Origin: an uncultured Acidimicrobiales bacterium
GTDB lineage: Bacteria > Actinomycetota > Geothermincolia > Fen-727 > Anoxymicrobiaceae
NCBI GenBank assembly: GCA_964512645.1
Contig: CAZEJS010000001.1
Span: 64,825-128,824 of the forward strand
Reading direction: 5' to 3'
DNA length: 64,000 bases
Part shown: piece by piece, positions 1 through 9,206 of the stretch
Numbering within the stretch: position 1 is the stretch's first letter
How the letters are laid out: every line of letters starts with the position of its first letter
Position numbers and translations under genes: made by a program
The notes under the pieces: generated by a model
Told to the model about the DNA's origin: nothing
What the model saw: only the letters and a program-made list of their open reading frames with translations
The model's database searches: none

Positions 1-1168
1 TCTTCGAGATTACTACGAGTTCTGCTCGCCCACCAAGGTCATGTTCGGCCAGGGCCTGGCCGGAGAGGTCGGCGCGGAAGCCGAGGCACTCGGCTGCACC
101 ACCGCGATGATCGTCACCGACAGGGTCGTACACGACGCCGGACTCGTCGAACCCGTCATCAGGAGCCTCGGGGAGAGCTCGGTCGAGCTGGTCGAGGTTT
201 ACAACGAGGTGCCGGTCAACTCCGAGGTCGTGGTCTGCGGTCGGATAGCCGGGATCGGCGCAGCCGGCTCGGTGGACCTGCTGATATCGATCGGCGGCGG
301 AAGCGTCATCGATACCGCCAAAGGGGCCAACATCCTGCTGGGCGTGGGGGGTGACCTGCTGGAGGACTGGCAGGGCACGCACCTGGTCCCGGAGCCGCTC
401 AAGAGCCACATCGCGATCCCCACCACCGCGGGCACCGGCGCCGAGGTGTCGCTGGGAGCGGTCATCAAGCACACCCCGGGCGGGGTCAAGGTCACCTTCA
501 ACAGCAAGTACCTCCTGCCCGACGTCGCCGTGCTGGATCCGCTGCTTACCGAGTCGATGCCACCGGGGCTGACTGCCTCGACAGGGATCGACGCGCTCAC
601 ACACGCCGTGGAGTCGTTCACCAGCCTGGAGCACATGCCGCCGTCGGACGCTTTCTGCACTTACGCGGTCCAGGCGATACTGGAACACTTGCCGAAAGCG
701 GTGAAGGACGGGTCGGACATGGAAGCCCGGGGCAACATGCTTATTGCGGCCAACCTGGCGGGAAACGCGCTGTCGCACACGCTGTCGATCGGCGCGTGTC
801 ACGCCATGGCCCACGCCGCCGGTGGTCTGAGCCCGGTCAGCCACGGCGTGGCCAACGCGGTCATCCTTCCCGTGGTGATGGAGTACAACCTCGAGTCCGC
901 AGCGGACCGCTTCGCCGCCCTGGCTCCTTACGCCGGCGTCGACGTCGGAGGACTGGACGAACTCGAGGCCGCCGCGAAAGTCATTGCGGCGCTCAGCGAG
1001 TTCATACACTCCTTCGGGATGCCGAGGACCCTCAGCGAAGCCGGGGCGGACCCGGCCATGGCACAGCGCATGACCGAGGAAGCGATGGGCGACGGGCAGA
1101 TGTACGGCAACCCCCGGGAGGCGGTAGCCGAGGAGATCCTCGGCCTGTACAGGGAGCTGCTTCCGTGA
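1..1168 (+). CDS. Iron-containing (group III) alcohol dehydrogenase, 5'-truncated at window edge
   Basis: Frame continues upstream of ATG 41 (..DYYEFCSPTKVMFGQGLAGEVG resembles an Fe-ADH N-terminus). GGGSxxD motif (ISIGGGSVIDTAKG) and His-rich metal site (HAMAHAAGG..SHG). Stop at 1166-1168. Confidence 0.8.
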   Translation, partial: LRDYYEFCSPTKVMFGQGLAGEVGAEAEALGCTTAMIVTDRVVHDAGLVEPVIRSLGESSVELVEVYNEVPVNSEVVVCGRIAGIGAAGSVDLLISIGGGSVIDTAKGANILLGVGGDLLEDWQGTHLVPEPLKSHIAIPTTAGTGAEVSLGAVIKHTPGGVKVTFNSKYLLPDVAVLDPLLTESMPPGLTASTGIDALTHAVESFTSLEHMPPSDAFCTYAVQAILEHLPKAVKDGSDMEARGNMLIAANLAGNALSHTLSIGACHAMAHAAGGLSPVSHGVANAVILPVVMEYNLESAADRFAALAPYAGVDVGGLDELEAAAKVIAALSEFIHSFGMPRTLSEAGADPAMAQRMTEEAMGDGQMYGNPREAVAEEILGLYRELLP

Positions 1169-1264
1169 GCCGGCCGTGCGCGGGCCGGGCGCCACGAGGG
1201 TCGGAATGAAATCGTCGGGAGAACGTCGAGCGCAGTAATGAAAGCGCTACAAAGGGAGGTCCTC

Positions 1265-2554
1265 ATGAGCGTTGATGTCATTGTCGTCGGTGGGGGCTGG
1301 GGCGGCCTCACCGCCGGAGCGATGCTGGCGCGGAACGGCCTGGAGGTCCGCCTGCTGGAGGCCAGCGGTCATCTCGGGGGGCGCGCGTCCTGCGAGCGCA
1401 AAGACGGCTTTATCGTCGACTACGGCATACACGCCATCAGCCACGGGTCGGCCGGGGCCGCGGCCAGGGCGCTCTGCCTGGTCGGGCACGAGATCGAGTT
1501 CCTGCACTACGGCAAGCCGCTCCTGTACCGGGAGGGCGGGTTCGCGCCGCTGCCGACAGGCGCCTACTCCATCTTGAGCTCCCGCCATCTCTCGCCGGCG
1601 GACAAGCTGACAATCGCTCGCGGCTTCGGGCGCCTGCTCCTGTCGAACACCGAAAAGACGGCCGACGTCCCGATCGTGGAATCGGTACCGGGAGCCGACA
1701 GGGAGACGGTGAGGGATTTCTACAGCGTCCTGTCCGGGATAGGGTTGATCGCCCCCGACATCGAGGTGGCGAGCTCGGGCGAATTCGCCAGATTCCTCAA
1801 ACGCGCCCTGAAGGCCCGGCACCAGGTCGCCTACCCCCGGGGAGGCTCCGCCCAGATAAACGAGGCCCTGGCGGCAAGGGTGGAGAGCTCCGGCGGCGTC
1901 TCAACCAACAGCCGGGTGAAACGCCTGGAGATCGAGGGCGGCCTGGTACGGTCTTTGAAAGTGCTCGAAGAAGACCTGTCCGCCCGCGCTTACGTCCTTG
2001 CCGTCCCGGTGCAGAAGATACCGGACCTGGTGGGCGACGCCCTGGACGGCGAGTTCAAGAGGAGCTGCTCTTCGATAATCCCCACCGCCGGGCTGTCGCT
2101 CGACCTGTGCCTGTCGCGCCCGGTGTCCGACATCGACAGCGTCATCATAACCGCGAACCCCGTTACCATGGGCCAGTTCACGTCCAACATCGACGAGAGC
2201 ACCGCCCCCGCCGGGAAGCAACTGGCGACGTTCTTCTACCCTCTGCCCGTCTCGCTCCTCGAGGACAGGGTGCGGCTGGAGGAGGAGAGCAAGCGGTTCG
2301 TCGCCCTCGTCGAGGAGATGTTCCCGGGGATACTGGACCGGGTCGAATGGGAGCGCACCCTCAAGCTCAAGATGATCGACGGGTTCGAACCGCGGGTGGG
2401 GCAGACGCCGCGGGACCGCCCCGGCACCAGGGTCGAAGGCGCGGAGAACCTGTTCCTCGCCGGAGACTGCGTGGGCGTCGAAGGCCAGGGCGGTGACGTC
2501 GCCTTCACCTCCGGGGTGCGGGCGGCCGAGGCGGTGCTGGAGTACCTCGGATGA
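1265..2554 (+). CDS. FAD/NAD(P)-dependent oxidoreductase (CrtI/amine-oxidase-like fold)
   Basis: Rossmann dinucleotide motif VIVVGGGWGGLTAGAMLA..LLEASGHLGGRA at the N-terminus. RBS AGGGAGG 5 nt upstream of ATG 1265; the ORF-track start at 1238 was rejected. Confidence 0.7.
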   Translation: MSVDVIVVGGGWGGLTAGAMLARNGLEVRLLEASGHLGGRASCERKDGFIVDYGIHAISHGSAGAAARALCLVGHEIEFLHYGKPLLYREGGFAPLPTGAYSILSSRHLSPADKLTIARGFGRLLLSNTEKTADVPIVESVPGADRETVRDFYSVLSGIGLIAPDIEVASSGEFARFLKRALKARHQVAYPRGGSAQINEALAARVESSGGVSTNSRVKRLEIEGGLVRSLKVLEEDLSARAYVLAVPVQKIPDLVGDALDGEFKRSCSSIIPTAGLSLDLCLSRPVSDIDSVIITANPVTMGQFTSNIDESTAPAGKQLATFFYPLPVSLLEDRVRLEEESKRFVALVEEMFPGILDRVEWERTLKLKMIDGFEPRVGQTPRDRPGTRVEGAENLFLAGDCVGVEGQGGDVAFTSGVRAAEAVLEYLG

Positions 2555-3324
2555 ACGCGGCGCCGCGGGAAGCGCCCGAGGAGCTGCAGCTAACCGGAGA
2601 ACGTACTCTGCCCGGCATCGCCCGGGAGAACTACTGGTTCATGCGCCACGTAGCCGCGTACGAGCACGTGCTGCCGCTCGCCGACGGAAAGAGGGTGGTA
2701 GACATAGGCTGCGGTGAGGGGTACGGGCCGTCGATCCTGTCGGAGCGCGCCGCGAGCGTGCTCGGGGTGGACATCGCACCGGAGGTCGTCGAACACGCCA
2801 GGAGCCGTCACGGCTCGGAGACGGTGACCTTCGAGGTGATGGACGTGAACGACCTGGACCTGGACGATGGCTCTTTCGACCTCGCCGTGTCTTTCCAGGT
2901 CGCCGAGCACCTCGCCGACGAGGCCGGCTACTTCTCGGAAATAGCCCGGGTCCTGGCCCCCGGGGGGACCGCCGTGCTCACGACCCCCAACCGGCTCACG
3001 ATCTCCCCGGGGTCGGAGACGCCCATCAACCCGTTCCACCTGCGGGAGTACACCCCCGACGAGTTCCGCGCCGCGCTCGAGGAGCACTTCGGAAAGGTCC
3101 GCCTCTCGGGGTTGTTCCACGCCGGCTGGCTGGCCGTCAACGAGCGGGTCAGGGCCGTCGACTTCATCAAGTTCTACGAGATGGGACCCGCCAACCCTAG
3201 GTACTGGACGCACCGGCTCCTTACCCCCCTGGTGCGCTCCCGTGATTTCCGCATTCGCGGGGGAGACCTCGGCGGGTGCCTGGACGTCGTGGCCGAGTGC
3301 TCCTCGCCCCTCGGAGGTGCTTGA
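2551..3324 (+). CDS. Class I SAM-dependent methyltransferase
   Basis: SAM motif I VVDIGCGEGYG, acidic motif II, motif post-I LAPGG. ATGA overlap with the upstream gene stop, and its stop overlaps the downstream TTG start (cTTGAc). Confidence 0.75.
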   Translation: MNAAPREAPEELQLTGERTLPGIARENYWFMRHVAAYEHVLPLADGKRVVDIGCGEGYGPSILSERAASVLGVDIAPEVVEHARSRHGSETVTFEVMDVNDLDLDDGSFDLAVSFQVAEHLADEAGYFSEIARVLAPGGTAVLTTPNRLTISPGSETPINPFHLREYTPDEFRAALEEHFGKVRLSGLFHAGWLAVNERVRAVDFIKFYEMGPANPRYWTHRLLTPLVRSRDFRIRGGDLGGCLDVVAECSSPLGGA

Positions 3325-4907
3325 CCCTGCCCGGACAGTTCTCGTTCGTGCTCCATACCCACATGCCGTACGTGCGCAGGAACGGCGCCTGGCCCGTCGG
3401 AGAAGACTGGCTGTACCAGGCGATGAGCGAGACGTACCTGCCGCTGCTGGGCATGCTAGCCGAGCTCGACCACGAGGACCTCGGACCTTGCCTCGCGCTC
3501 ACCCTGACCCCGGTTCTCTGCGAGCAGCTCGCCGACCGCTACATCCAGGACCGTTTCGTCTCCTACCTGAAGACCATGGCCGAGCGCGCCCGCGGAGACG
3601 CCAGGGACTTCCGGTACTTCAGCGACACCCCCAGGGGCGACCTGGCGAAAGATTACGAGGAGGATTTCAAGCGCAAGCTCCTGGCTTACACCTCGATCGG
3701 CGGAGACATACTCGGCGCGATCGCCTCCTTCGAGGAGGCCGGCCTCGTCGAGACGCTGGGCTCCTGCGCGACGCACGCCTTCCTGCCCGGCCTCGGTGAT
3801 GAAAAGCGCGTCCGCGAGCAGGTGCGCCTGGGCGTCGAGTCGCACGTGGTTCACATTGGAAAAAGGCCCAAGGGTTTCTGGGTACCGGAGTGCGCCTACC
3901 GGACGGGCCTGGAGGAAATCCTCGCCGAAGAGGGCGTGGAGTACTTCATCGTCGACTCCACGGCGCTCGGCGGACTGGCGCCCGGGCGCCCGTACACGGT
4001 GGGCTCCTCCCCGGTCGTCGCGCTCGCGCGAAGCGACAGGGCGCACGGCAACGTATGGGACGAGGACGCCGGGTACCCCACCGACGGCAGCTACCTCGAC
4101 TCCACCAAGTACTACCACGGCTCCGGGCTGCACTACTGGCGCGTCACCGGGAGAGAAGTGGACATAGAGGCCAAGGAAGTGTACGTGCCCGCGGACGCCA
4201 GCAGGCGGGCGCTCGACCACGCCGAGCACTTCATCGGCGACGTGGCGGCGGAGCTGGACGAAGCCGCATCGGCGCCCGGCGGCGGGTTCGACGCCGACCC
4301 CCCCCTGGTTGTCGCCTGCTACGACACCGAGTTTTTCGGACACGGCTGGAAAGAAGGGTTCTACTGGCTGGAGATCGCCCTCCGGTCCCTCTCCGGCTTC
4401 AGTTCGATGCAACTGACCGTCCCCTCCGAATTCCTTGCCCGGTTCGCCGAACGGGCACCCGTCGAGCTGGCGGAGACGAGCTGGGGCACCGGCAGGGACC
4501 ACTCGACGTGGTTGAACGAAGAGACCCGCTGGATGTGGGAGGCCGTGGGCGCTTCCGCCTCCAGGCTTTCAGGGCTTGCCCGCCGTTTCGAGCCCGCCGG
4601 GACCGGGCCCCTGGAGGCCCGCGCGCTGGTGCAGGCCGCGCGCGAGGTGCTGCTGCTGGAGTCCAGCGACTGGCCGTACATGGTTGCAAAAGACCGGGCC
4701 GCGGACTATGCTAGTGAGCGGTTTCGCCGCCACCTCGAGCGGTTCGAATCGCTCTGTGGAGCGCTGGAGGACCAGGAGGTGGAAGGCGCGGCCGATGACC
4801 TTGATGAGGTCGAGGAGGCGGACAACATCTTCGCCGGACTCGATCTCAGAACTGTCTTAGGAGACAAGGGCCCCGGGGGGCCTCGAAGGGAGACGGAATG
4901 CGGGTAG
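3321..4907 (+). CDS. GH57-family alpha-glucan branching enzyme-like protein
   Basis: N-terminal FSFVLHTHMPYV motif typical of GH57 (DUF1957) branching enzymes. Probable TTG start at 3321 overlapping the methyltransferase stop. Confidence 0.75.
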   Translation: MTLPGQFSFVLHTHMPYVRRNGAWPVGEDWLYQAMSETYLPLLGMLAELDHEDLGPCLALTLTPVLCEQLADRYIQDRFVSYLKTMAERARGDARDFRYFSDTPRGDLAKDYEEDFKRKLLAYTSIGGDILGAIASFEEAGLVETLGSCATHAFLPGLGDEKRVREQVRLGVESHVVHIGKRPKGFWVPECAYRTGLEEILAEEGVEYFIVDSTALGGLAPGRPYTVGSSPVVALARSDRAHGNVWDEDAGYPTDGSYLDSTKYYHGSGLHYWRVTGREVDIEAKEVYVPADASRRALDHAEHFIGDVAAELDEAASAPGGGFDADPPLVVACYDTEFFGHGWKEGFYWLEIALRSLSGFSSMQLTVPSEFLARFAERAPVELAETSWGTGRDHSTWLNEETRWMWEAVGASASRLSGLARRFEPAGTGPLEARALVQAAREVLLLESSDWPYMVAKDRAADYASERFRRHLERFESLCGALEDQEVEGAADDLDEVEEADNIFAGLDLRTVLGDKGPGGPRRETECG

Positions 4908-6136
4908 TTCTCCTGAGCTGGGAGTACCCGCCGCGCATCATCGGCGGACTGGGAAGGCACGTGTACCACCTGGCGACCTCGATGGCCGAGCAGGGGGTCG
5001 AGGTCCACGTGGTGACGAAGGACCACCCCGGCGCGCCGGACTACGAGGAGTCCGGCGGCGTCAAGATCCATCGCGTGGTCAATTACCCGCCGGACATCGC
5101 CCAAGAGGAATGGGTCCCCTGGACGCTCCAGTTCAACGTGGCGCTGCTGGAGAAGGCCGTGGCCCTCATCAACGAGCTCAAGAGGGTCAACGTCATCCAC
5201 GCCCACGACTGGCTGGTGGCTCACGCCGCTGCGAGCCTCAAGCACGCGTACCGCATACCCCTGGTTGCCACAATTCACGCTACCGAGTACGGCAGGCACC
5301 AGGGACACCTCCCCGGGCCGATGAACAAGCTCATACACCAGATTGAGTGGTGGCTGACCTTCGAGTCCTCGCGCACCATCTGCTGCAGCCAGTACATGAT
5401 GGAACAGATAACAGACATCTTCGAGCTGCCCCACGACAAGGTGGAGGTCATCCCCAACGGCATAGACCACGAGAGCTTCAAGCGCGACGTGAGCGTCGAC
5501 CTCTACAGGAAGAAGTACGTTCCCGCCGGAGACAAGCTGGTCTTCTTCGTGGGAAGGCTGGTGTACGAGAAGGGGGTGCAGACCGTTATCGAGGCGATGC
5601 CGTTGATACTCAAGCGCATCCCCAACGTGACCTTCGTCGTGGCGGGGAGCGGGCCGCACCTCAACGAACTCAAGTCGCTTGCCGGCGACTTCGGCCTGAG
5701 CGACAAGGTCAGGTTCACCGGCCACATGGACACCGACGGCCTGTGCGCCTTCTACAAGAGCGCCGACCTCACCGTGGTGCCGAGCCTCTACGAGCCGTTC
5801 GGCATGGTAGTCCTGGAGTCGATGGCCATGGGTACTCCCACTATAGTCGCCGACACCGGGGGACTCTCCGAGATCGTCGTCCACGAGGAGACCGGCCTGA
5901 AGTTCGAGCCGGGCAACCCGGACTCGCTCGCCGACGCGATGCTCAGGGTCCTGGAGGACGCGGGCCTTTCCAGGCGCATTACCGAGGACGCCACGGCCTA
6001 CATGGGCGAGACGTACAACTGGGACCGTATCGCCAGGCACACCCTCGACGTGTACCGCCGGGCGGAGCGCGGCTACGAGTACCGGCCCCGCACCCTGGCC
6101 CTCTGCCCGCCGCTGCCCGACGAGGCCGCCGGCTAG
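4898..6136 (+). CDS. GT4 family glycosyltransferase (alpha-1,4-glucosyltransferase-like)
   Basis: GT-B fold with N-terminal glycine-rich RIIGGLGRHV and C-terminal E-x7-E motif (EPFGMVVLESMAMGTP). Its start overlaps the GH57 stop by 10 nt. Confidence 0.8.
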   Translation: MRVVLLSWEYPPRIIGGLGRHVYHLATSMAEQGVEVHVVTKDHPGAPDYEESGGVKIHRVVNYPPDIAQEEWVPWTLQFNVALLEKAVALINELKRVNVIHAHDWLVAHAAASLKHAYRIPLVATIHATEYGRHQGHLPGPMNKLIHQIEWWLTFESSRTICCSQYMMEQITDIFELPHDKVEVIPNGIDHESFKRDVSVDLYRKKYVPAGDKLVFFVGRLVYEKGVQTVIEAMPLILKRIPNVTFVVAGSGPHLNELKSLAGDFGLSDKVRFTGHMDTDGLCAFYKSADLTVVPSLYEPFGMVVLESMAMGTPTIVADTGGLSEIVVHEETGLKFEPGNPDSLADAMLRVLEDAGLSRRITEDATAYMGETYNWDRIARHTLDVYRRAERGYEYRPRTLALCPPLPDEAAG

Positions 6137-6225
6137 CCCCGCGGAGCGCCAGCCCGAACCCATCCAACTTCCATGGCGGCGCCCCGGCGCATCCGGCCGG
6201 GCGAGAGCGCGCCCGGGTCCCGCCC

Positions 6226-7248
6226 TCAGAGGGCGCCCAGCCCCTCCTCTGTCCTTCCCGTGAGAAAGTCCGCGGCGTGCTCCGGGGTGGTGACGTTTAT
6301 CATCATCGAGGTCCCGAGCTCGAAACCCCCGGAGATGGTAAGCTTCGGGACCACCTCCAGGTGCCAGTGGTAGTAAGGGTACTCCGCGCCGTCGGTGGGA
6401 GCGGAGTGTATGTAGTAGTTGTACGGCGGGTTGGTGAACTTCCGATCGTAGGCGCCGAGCACCTCCCGCAGTAGGGCGCCGAACTCCTCCAGCTCACCCT
6501 CGGTGATGCGGCCGAAGGACTCGCGGTGCTCGCGGGGGAGTATCCACACCTCGAAGGGAAGCCTCGAGGCGAACGGCGCTATGGCGACGAACGCGCGGTT
6601 GCTCGCCACCACCCTGCGGGACGCCGCGGTCTCCTCGGCGACGATGCGGCAGAAGACGCACTCGTCGTGCCTGGAGTGGAACCAGGACGCCCCGGCGAGC
6701 TCCTGCTGCACCAGCGGCGGCACCAGGGGCATGCCGAAAAGCTGGGAATGGGAGTGCTCCAGCGAGGCGCCCGCCTCCCTGCCGTGGTTGACGATGATGT
6801 GCACGTAGCGGATATCCGGGTCCCCGGCGTTGGCGGCGTACCTGTGACGGTACACCCTCAGAACCAGCTCCACCTCTTCCGCCGGCATCGTTCCCAGGTG
6901 GAGAGAGTGCGACGGGCTGTGGATTATGACCTCGTGGGACCCCTCCGCCGCCCTGGCGGGAAAGAACTCCGCGGTGGGAGGCGGTTCCTCGGCGGCCTGG
7001 AACGCGGGGAACTTGTTGGGAACGACCCTGACCTGCCAGCCGGGGGCGTTCGGCTCTCCGTCGCCGGGCCTCACCGCGAGGACCTCGAGGGGCGTCATGA
7101 TCTCGTGGCCGGGGCAGAACGGGCAACTGTCGGACTCCTCCGGGGGTTCGACGGCGCACGGTGAGGAAAAACCGGTCGGCCGCATCGCCCTCTCGGTGGC
7201 GACGACGACCCAGAGCCCGGTCACGACGTCCTGCCTCAGCTCTCCCAA
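6226..7248 (-). CDS. galT: Galactose-1-phosphate uridylyltransferase-like (HIT superfamily, GalT family) nucleotidyltransferase
   Basis: Zn-site CPFCPGHE near the N-terminus and the HxHxQ active-site motif (EHSHSQLF). TTG start at 7248 preceded by GGGGAGGAG. Confidence 0.7.
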   Translation of the reverse strand: MGELRQDVVTGLWVVVATERAMRPTGFSSPCAVEPPEESDSCPFCPGHEIMTPLEVLAVRPGDGEPNAPGWQVRVVPNKFPAFQAAEEPPPTAEFFPARAAEGSHEVIIHSPSHSLHLGTMPAEEVELVLRVYRHRYAANAGDPDIRYVHIIVNHGREAGASLEHSHSQLFGMPLVPPLVQQELAGASWFHSRHDECVFCRIVAEETAASRRVVASNRAFVAIAPFASRLPFEVWILPREHRESFGRITEGELEEFGALLREVLGAYDRKFTNPPYNYYIHSAPTDGAEYPYYHWHLEVVPKLTISGGFELGTSMMINVTTPEHAADFLTGRTEEGLGAL

Positions 7249-7348
7249 CGGTCTCCTCCCCGGACGCGCGCGCCCCGCCCTGTCGGAATCGGGCGCGTTC
7301 CCCTCCGTGGGACTCCGCTTCCTCCCGGCACGCGCCGGCGCCCCGGCG

Positions 7349-8071
7349 TCACGGCCCGCTCCTCTCGGCGTACTCCCGCGCCGGCGGCCCGTAGATGTCG
7401 GGCGGGCCGGGCATGGCGTACGCCCCCTCGTCCCACTCCACGTCCACGGGGTTCCTCCGGTACTTGAGCACCTTCGCCGGCACTCCTCCCACCACGGCGT
7501 AAGGCGGCACGTCGCGCGCGACCAGGGACATCGCCCCTATCACGCTGCCCTCGCCGACGGTGACCCCCCTGAGGACGGTCGCCTTCTCGGCTATCCAGAC
7601 GTTGCGCTCGATTATCACGTGCTCCTTGCGGATGCCCTGGCTTCGTATCGTCATGTGGGGGTCGATGAACCAGTGGTCGAAATCGACGACGTAGATGTGA
7701 TCGGCCCAGAGCGCCTCCTCCCCGACCTCCACGTGGTTGTAGCAGTTGATGGTGTTCTTGCCGCCAAACGTGGACTTGCGCCCTATCCTCAGCGTCCCCT
7801 CGTGGGCCCTGAACGCGCACCCCTCGCCTATCCAGACGAACCCGCCTATGGTGAAGCTGGCGTTCCTGCCCTTGCTTATCTCGTACCGCTTCGGCAGAAA
7901 GACGAACCCCTCGGTCTTAATGCCGGGGCGGAGGAGCTTGAACTTCAGGAACCGGTACAGCGAGCGCCAGTAGTTCCAGGTGTACATCCTGTTGCGGATT
8001 ATGAAACGGAGGTTACGGACCAGCCAGGTGCCGCCCCCCGAAGGCTGGAGCTCGGCGGGGAGGGCGGGCAT
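7349..8071 (-). CDS. Hexapeptide-repeat (left-handed beta-helix) acyl/acetyltransferase
   Basis: Repeated [LIV]-G-x-x-[STAV]-x-[LIV] hexads (VWIGEGCAF, LRIGRKSTF, VWIAEKATVLRGVTVGEGSVIGAMSLV). Start chosen at ATG 8071 (RBS GAGGAA, spacing 7) rather than GTG 8116. Confidence 0.7.
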   Translation of the reverse strand: MPALPAELQPSGGGTWLVRNLRFIIRNRMYTWNYWRSLYRFLKFKLLRPGIKTEGFVFLPKRYEISKGRNASFTIGGFVWIGEGCAFRAHEGTLRIGRKSTFGGKNTINCYNHVEVGEEALWADHIYVVDFDHWFIDPHMTIRSQGIRKEHVIIERNVWIAEKATVLRGVTVGEGSVIGAMSLVARDVPPYAVVGGVPAKVLKYRRNPVDVEWDEGAYAMPGPPDIYGPPAREYAERSGP

Positions 8072-8126
8072 GCCCCGTTCCTCGTCACCTGTCACGACCT
8101 CGGCCTCCAATCGCACCCCCGGAGCG

Positions 8127-9047
8127 TCAGCTCGCCTTGCGGGCGAAGAGAAGCATGTTGTAGAAGACCGAAGCGGGGAGGTACGGGTAAATCCTCTCGT
8201 CGAGCCTGCTCAGCTTGAGGTAGGTCGAATACGACCAGTACCGCCAGCGGAAAGTAATGTTCTCCTCGACGAGGTTGTTCTCGATGGTGCGCGTCATCCA
8301 CCCGACGAAGCTGGAGAGGAACTCCTCTCCCTCGACCCGCGCCTCGGCGAAGCCGGCGTCCAGCGCCTGGCGGCGCACCGCCGCGGGCCAGAAAGTGTGG
8401 ACGTCCACGACCTTCTCGAACTCCCGGATCTCCCTGTCGGCGGCCTCCCTGTCCACCTGCGGGCGCATCCTCGCCCGGACACCTCCGAAATAGCCCCCCA
8501 GGCGGGTGTAGACCTTGAGGGCCGCGGTGGTGCCGCCGCGGGCCGCCTGTCCCATGAGGTCGCCGACCCGGGTCGGCTCCCCCGCCAGCAGGCAGACTCC
8601 CCCGGGCTTCAGAATCCTGTGCATCTCGGAAAGCGCCGCGGGGACGTCGGGGATGTGGTGGAGTATCGCGTGCCCGACCACCATGTCGAACTCCTCGTCG
8701 GCATAATCGAGCCGCTCGAGCTCGGACTGCCGGGCGTGAACCTTGAGGCCCAGCCCGGCGGCGTTATCGAGACAGGCGTCCACCATGCCGCGGCTGATGT
8801 CGCAGGCGTGGAGCTCTTCGATGAGCCCGGGCTCGGACAGGCACAGGTTGAGGCCCACGTACCCGGTTCCACAGCCCACCTCGAGCAGCCGGTCCACCCT
8901 GGGGAACGGCCCGCCCAGCGCCTTTTCGAACTTGTGCCGGACGCGCAGCGCGTTGTCGTGGTCGTACTGTATCCCCCACTTGCTGTCGTAGCTCTCGCTC
9001 TCGACGTCGTGGAACAGCTCGTTGGCTTTTCTGAGGTCGACTTCCAT
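8127..9047 (-). CDS. Class I SAM-dependent methyltransferase
   Basis: Motif I LLEVGCGTGYVG, motif II EFDMVVG, post-I ILKPGG. Confidence 0.75.
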   Translation of the reverse strand: MEVDLRKANELFHDVESESYDSKWGIQYDHDNALRVRHKFEKALGGPFPRVDRLLEVGCGTGYVGLNLCLSEPGLIEELHACDISRGMVDACLDNAAGLGLKVHARQSELERLDYADEEFDMVVGHAILHHIPDVPAALSEMHRILKPGGVCLLAGEPTRVGDLMGQAARGGTTAALKVYTRLGGYFGGVRARMRPQVDREAADREIREFEKVVDVHTFWPAAVRRQALDAGFAEARVEGEEFLSSFVGWMTRTIENNLVEENITFRWRYWSYSTYLKLSRLDERIYPYLPASVFYNMLLFARKAS

Positions 9048-9206
9048 AGGCGCAATAATAACAGAACGGCCCCCGGCCGCGCTCTCTCGCCGCTACGGGC
9101 TCCGGCCTGCGGCCCTGTGACGCCGCGAGCCTTTCCCCGGCACGCACGAAAGATTCGCGCCGGGCCGCGGGCGCCCGGCGCGATTTCTATCCGGCGGGAG
9201 CGTCGT

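Noticed and set aside
2380-2400. tRNA T-arm-like gggttcgaaccgcgg
   Set aside because: It lies inside the FAD oxidoreductase CDS with no flanking acceptor or anticodon-arm structure, so it is a chance match.
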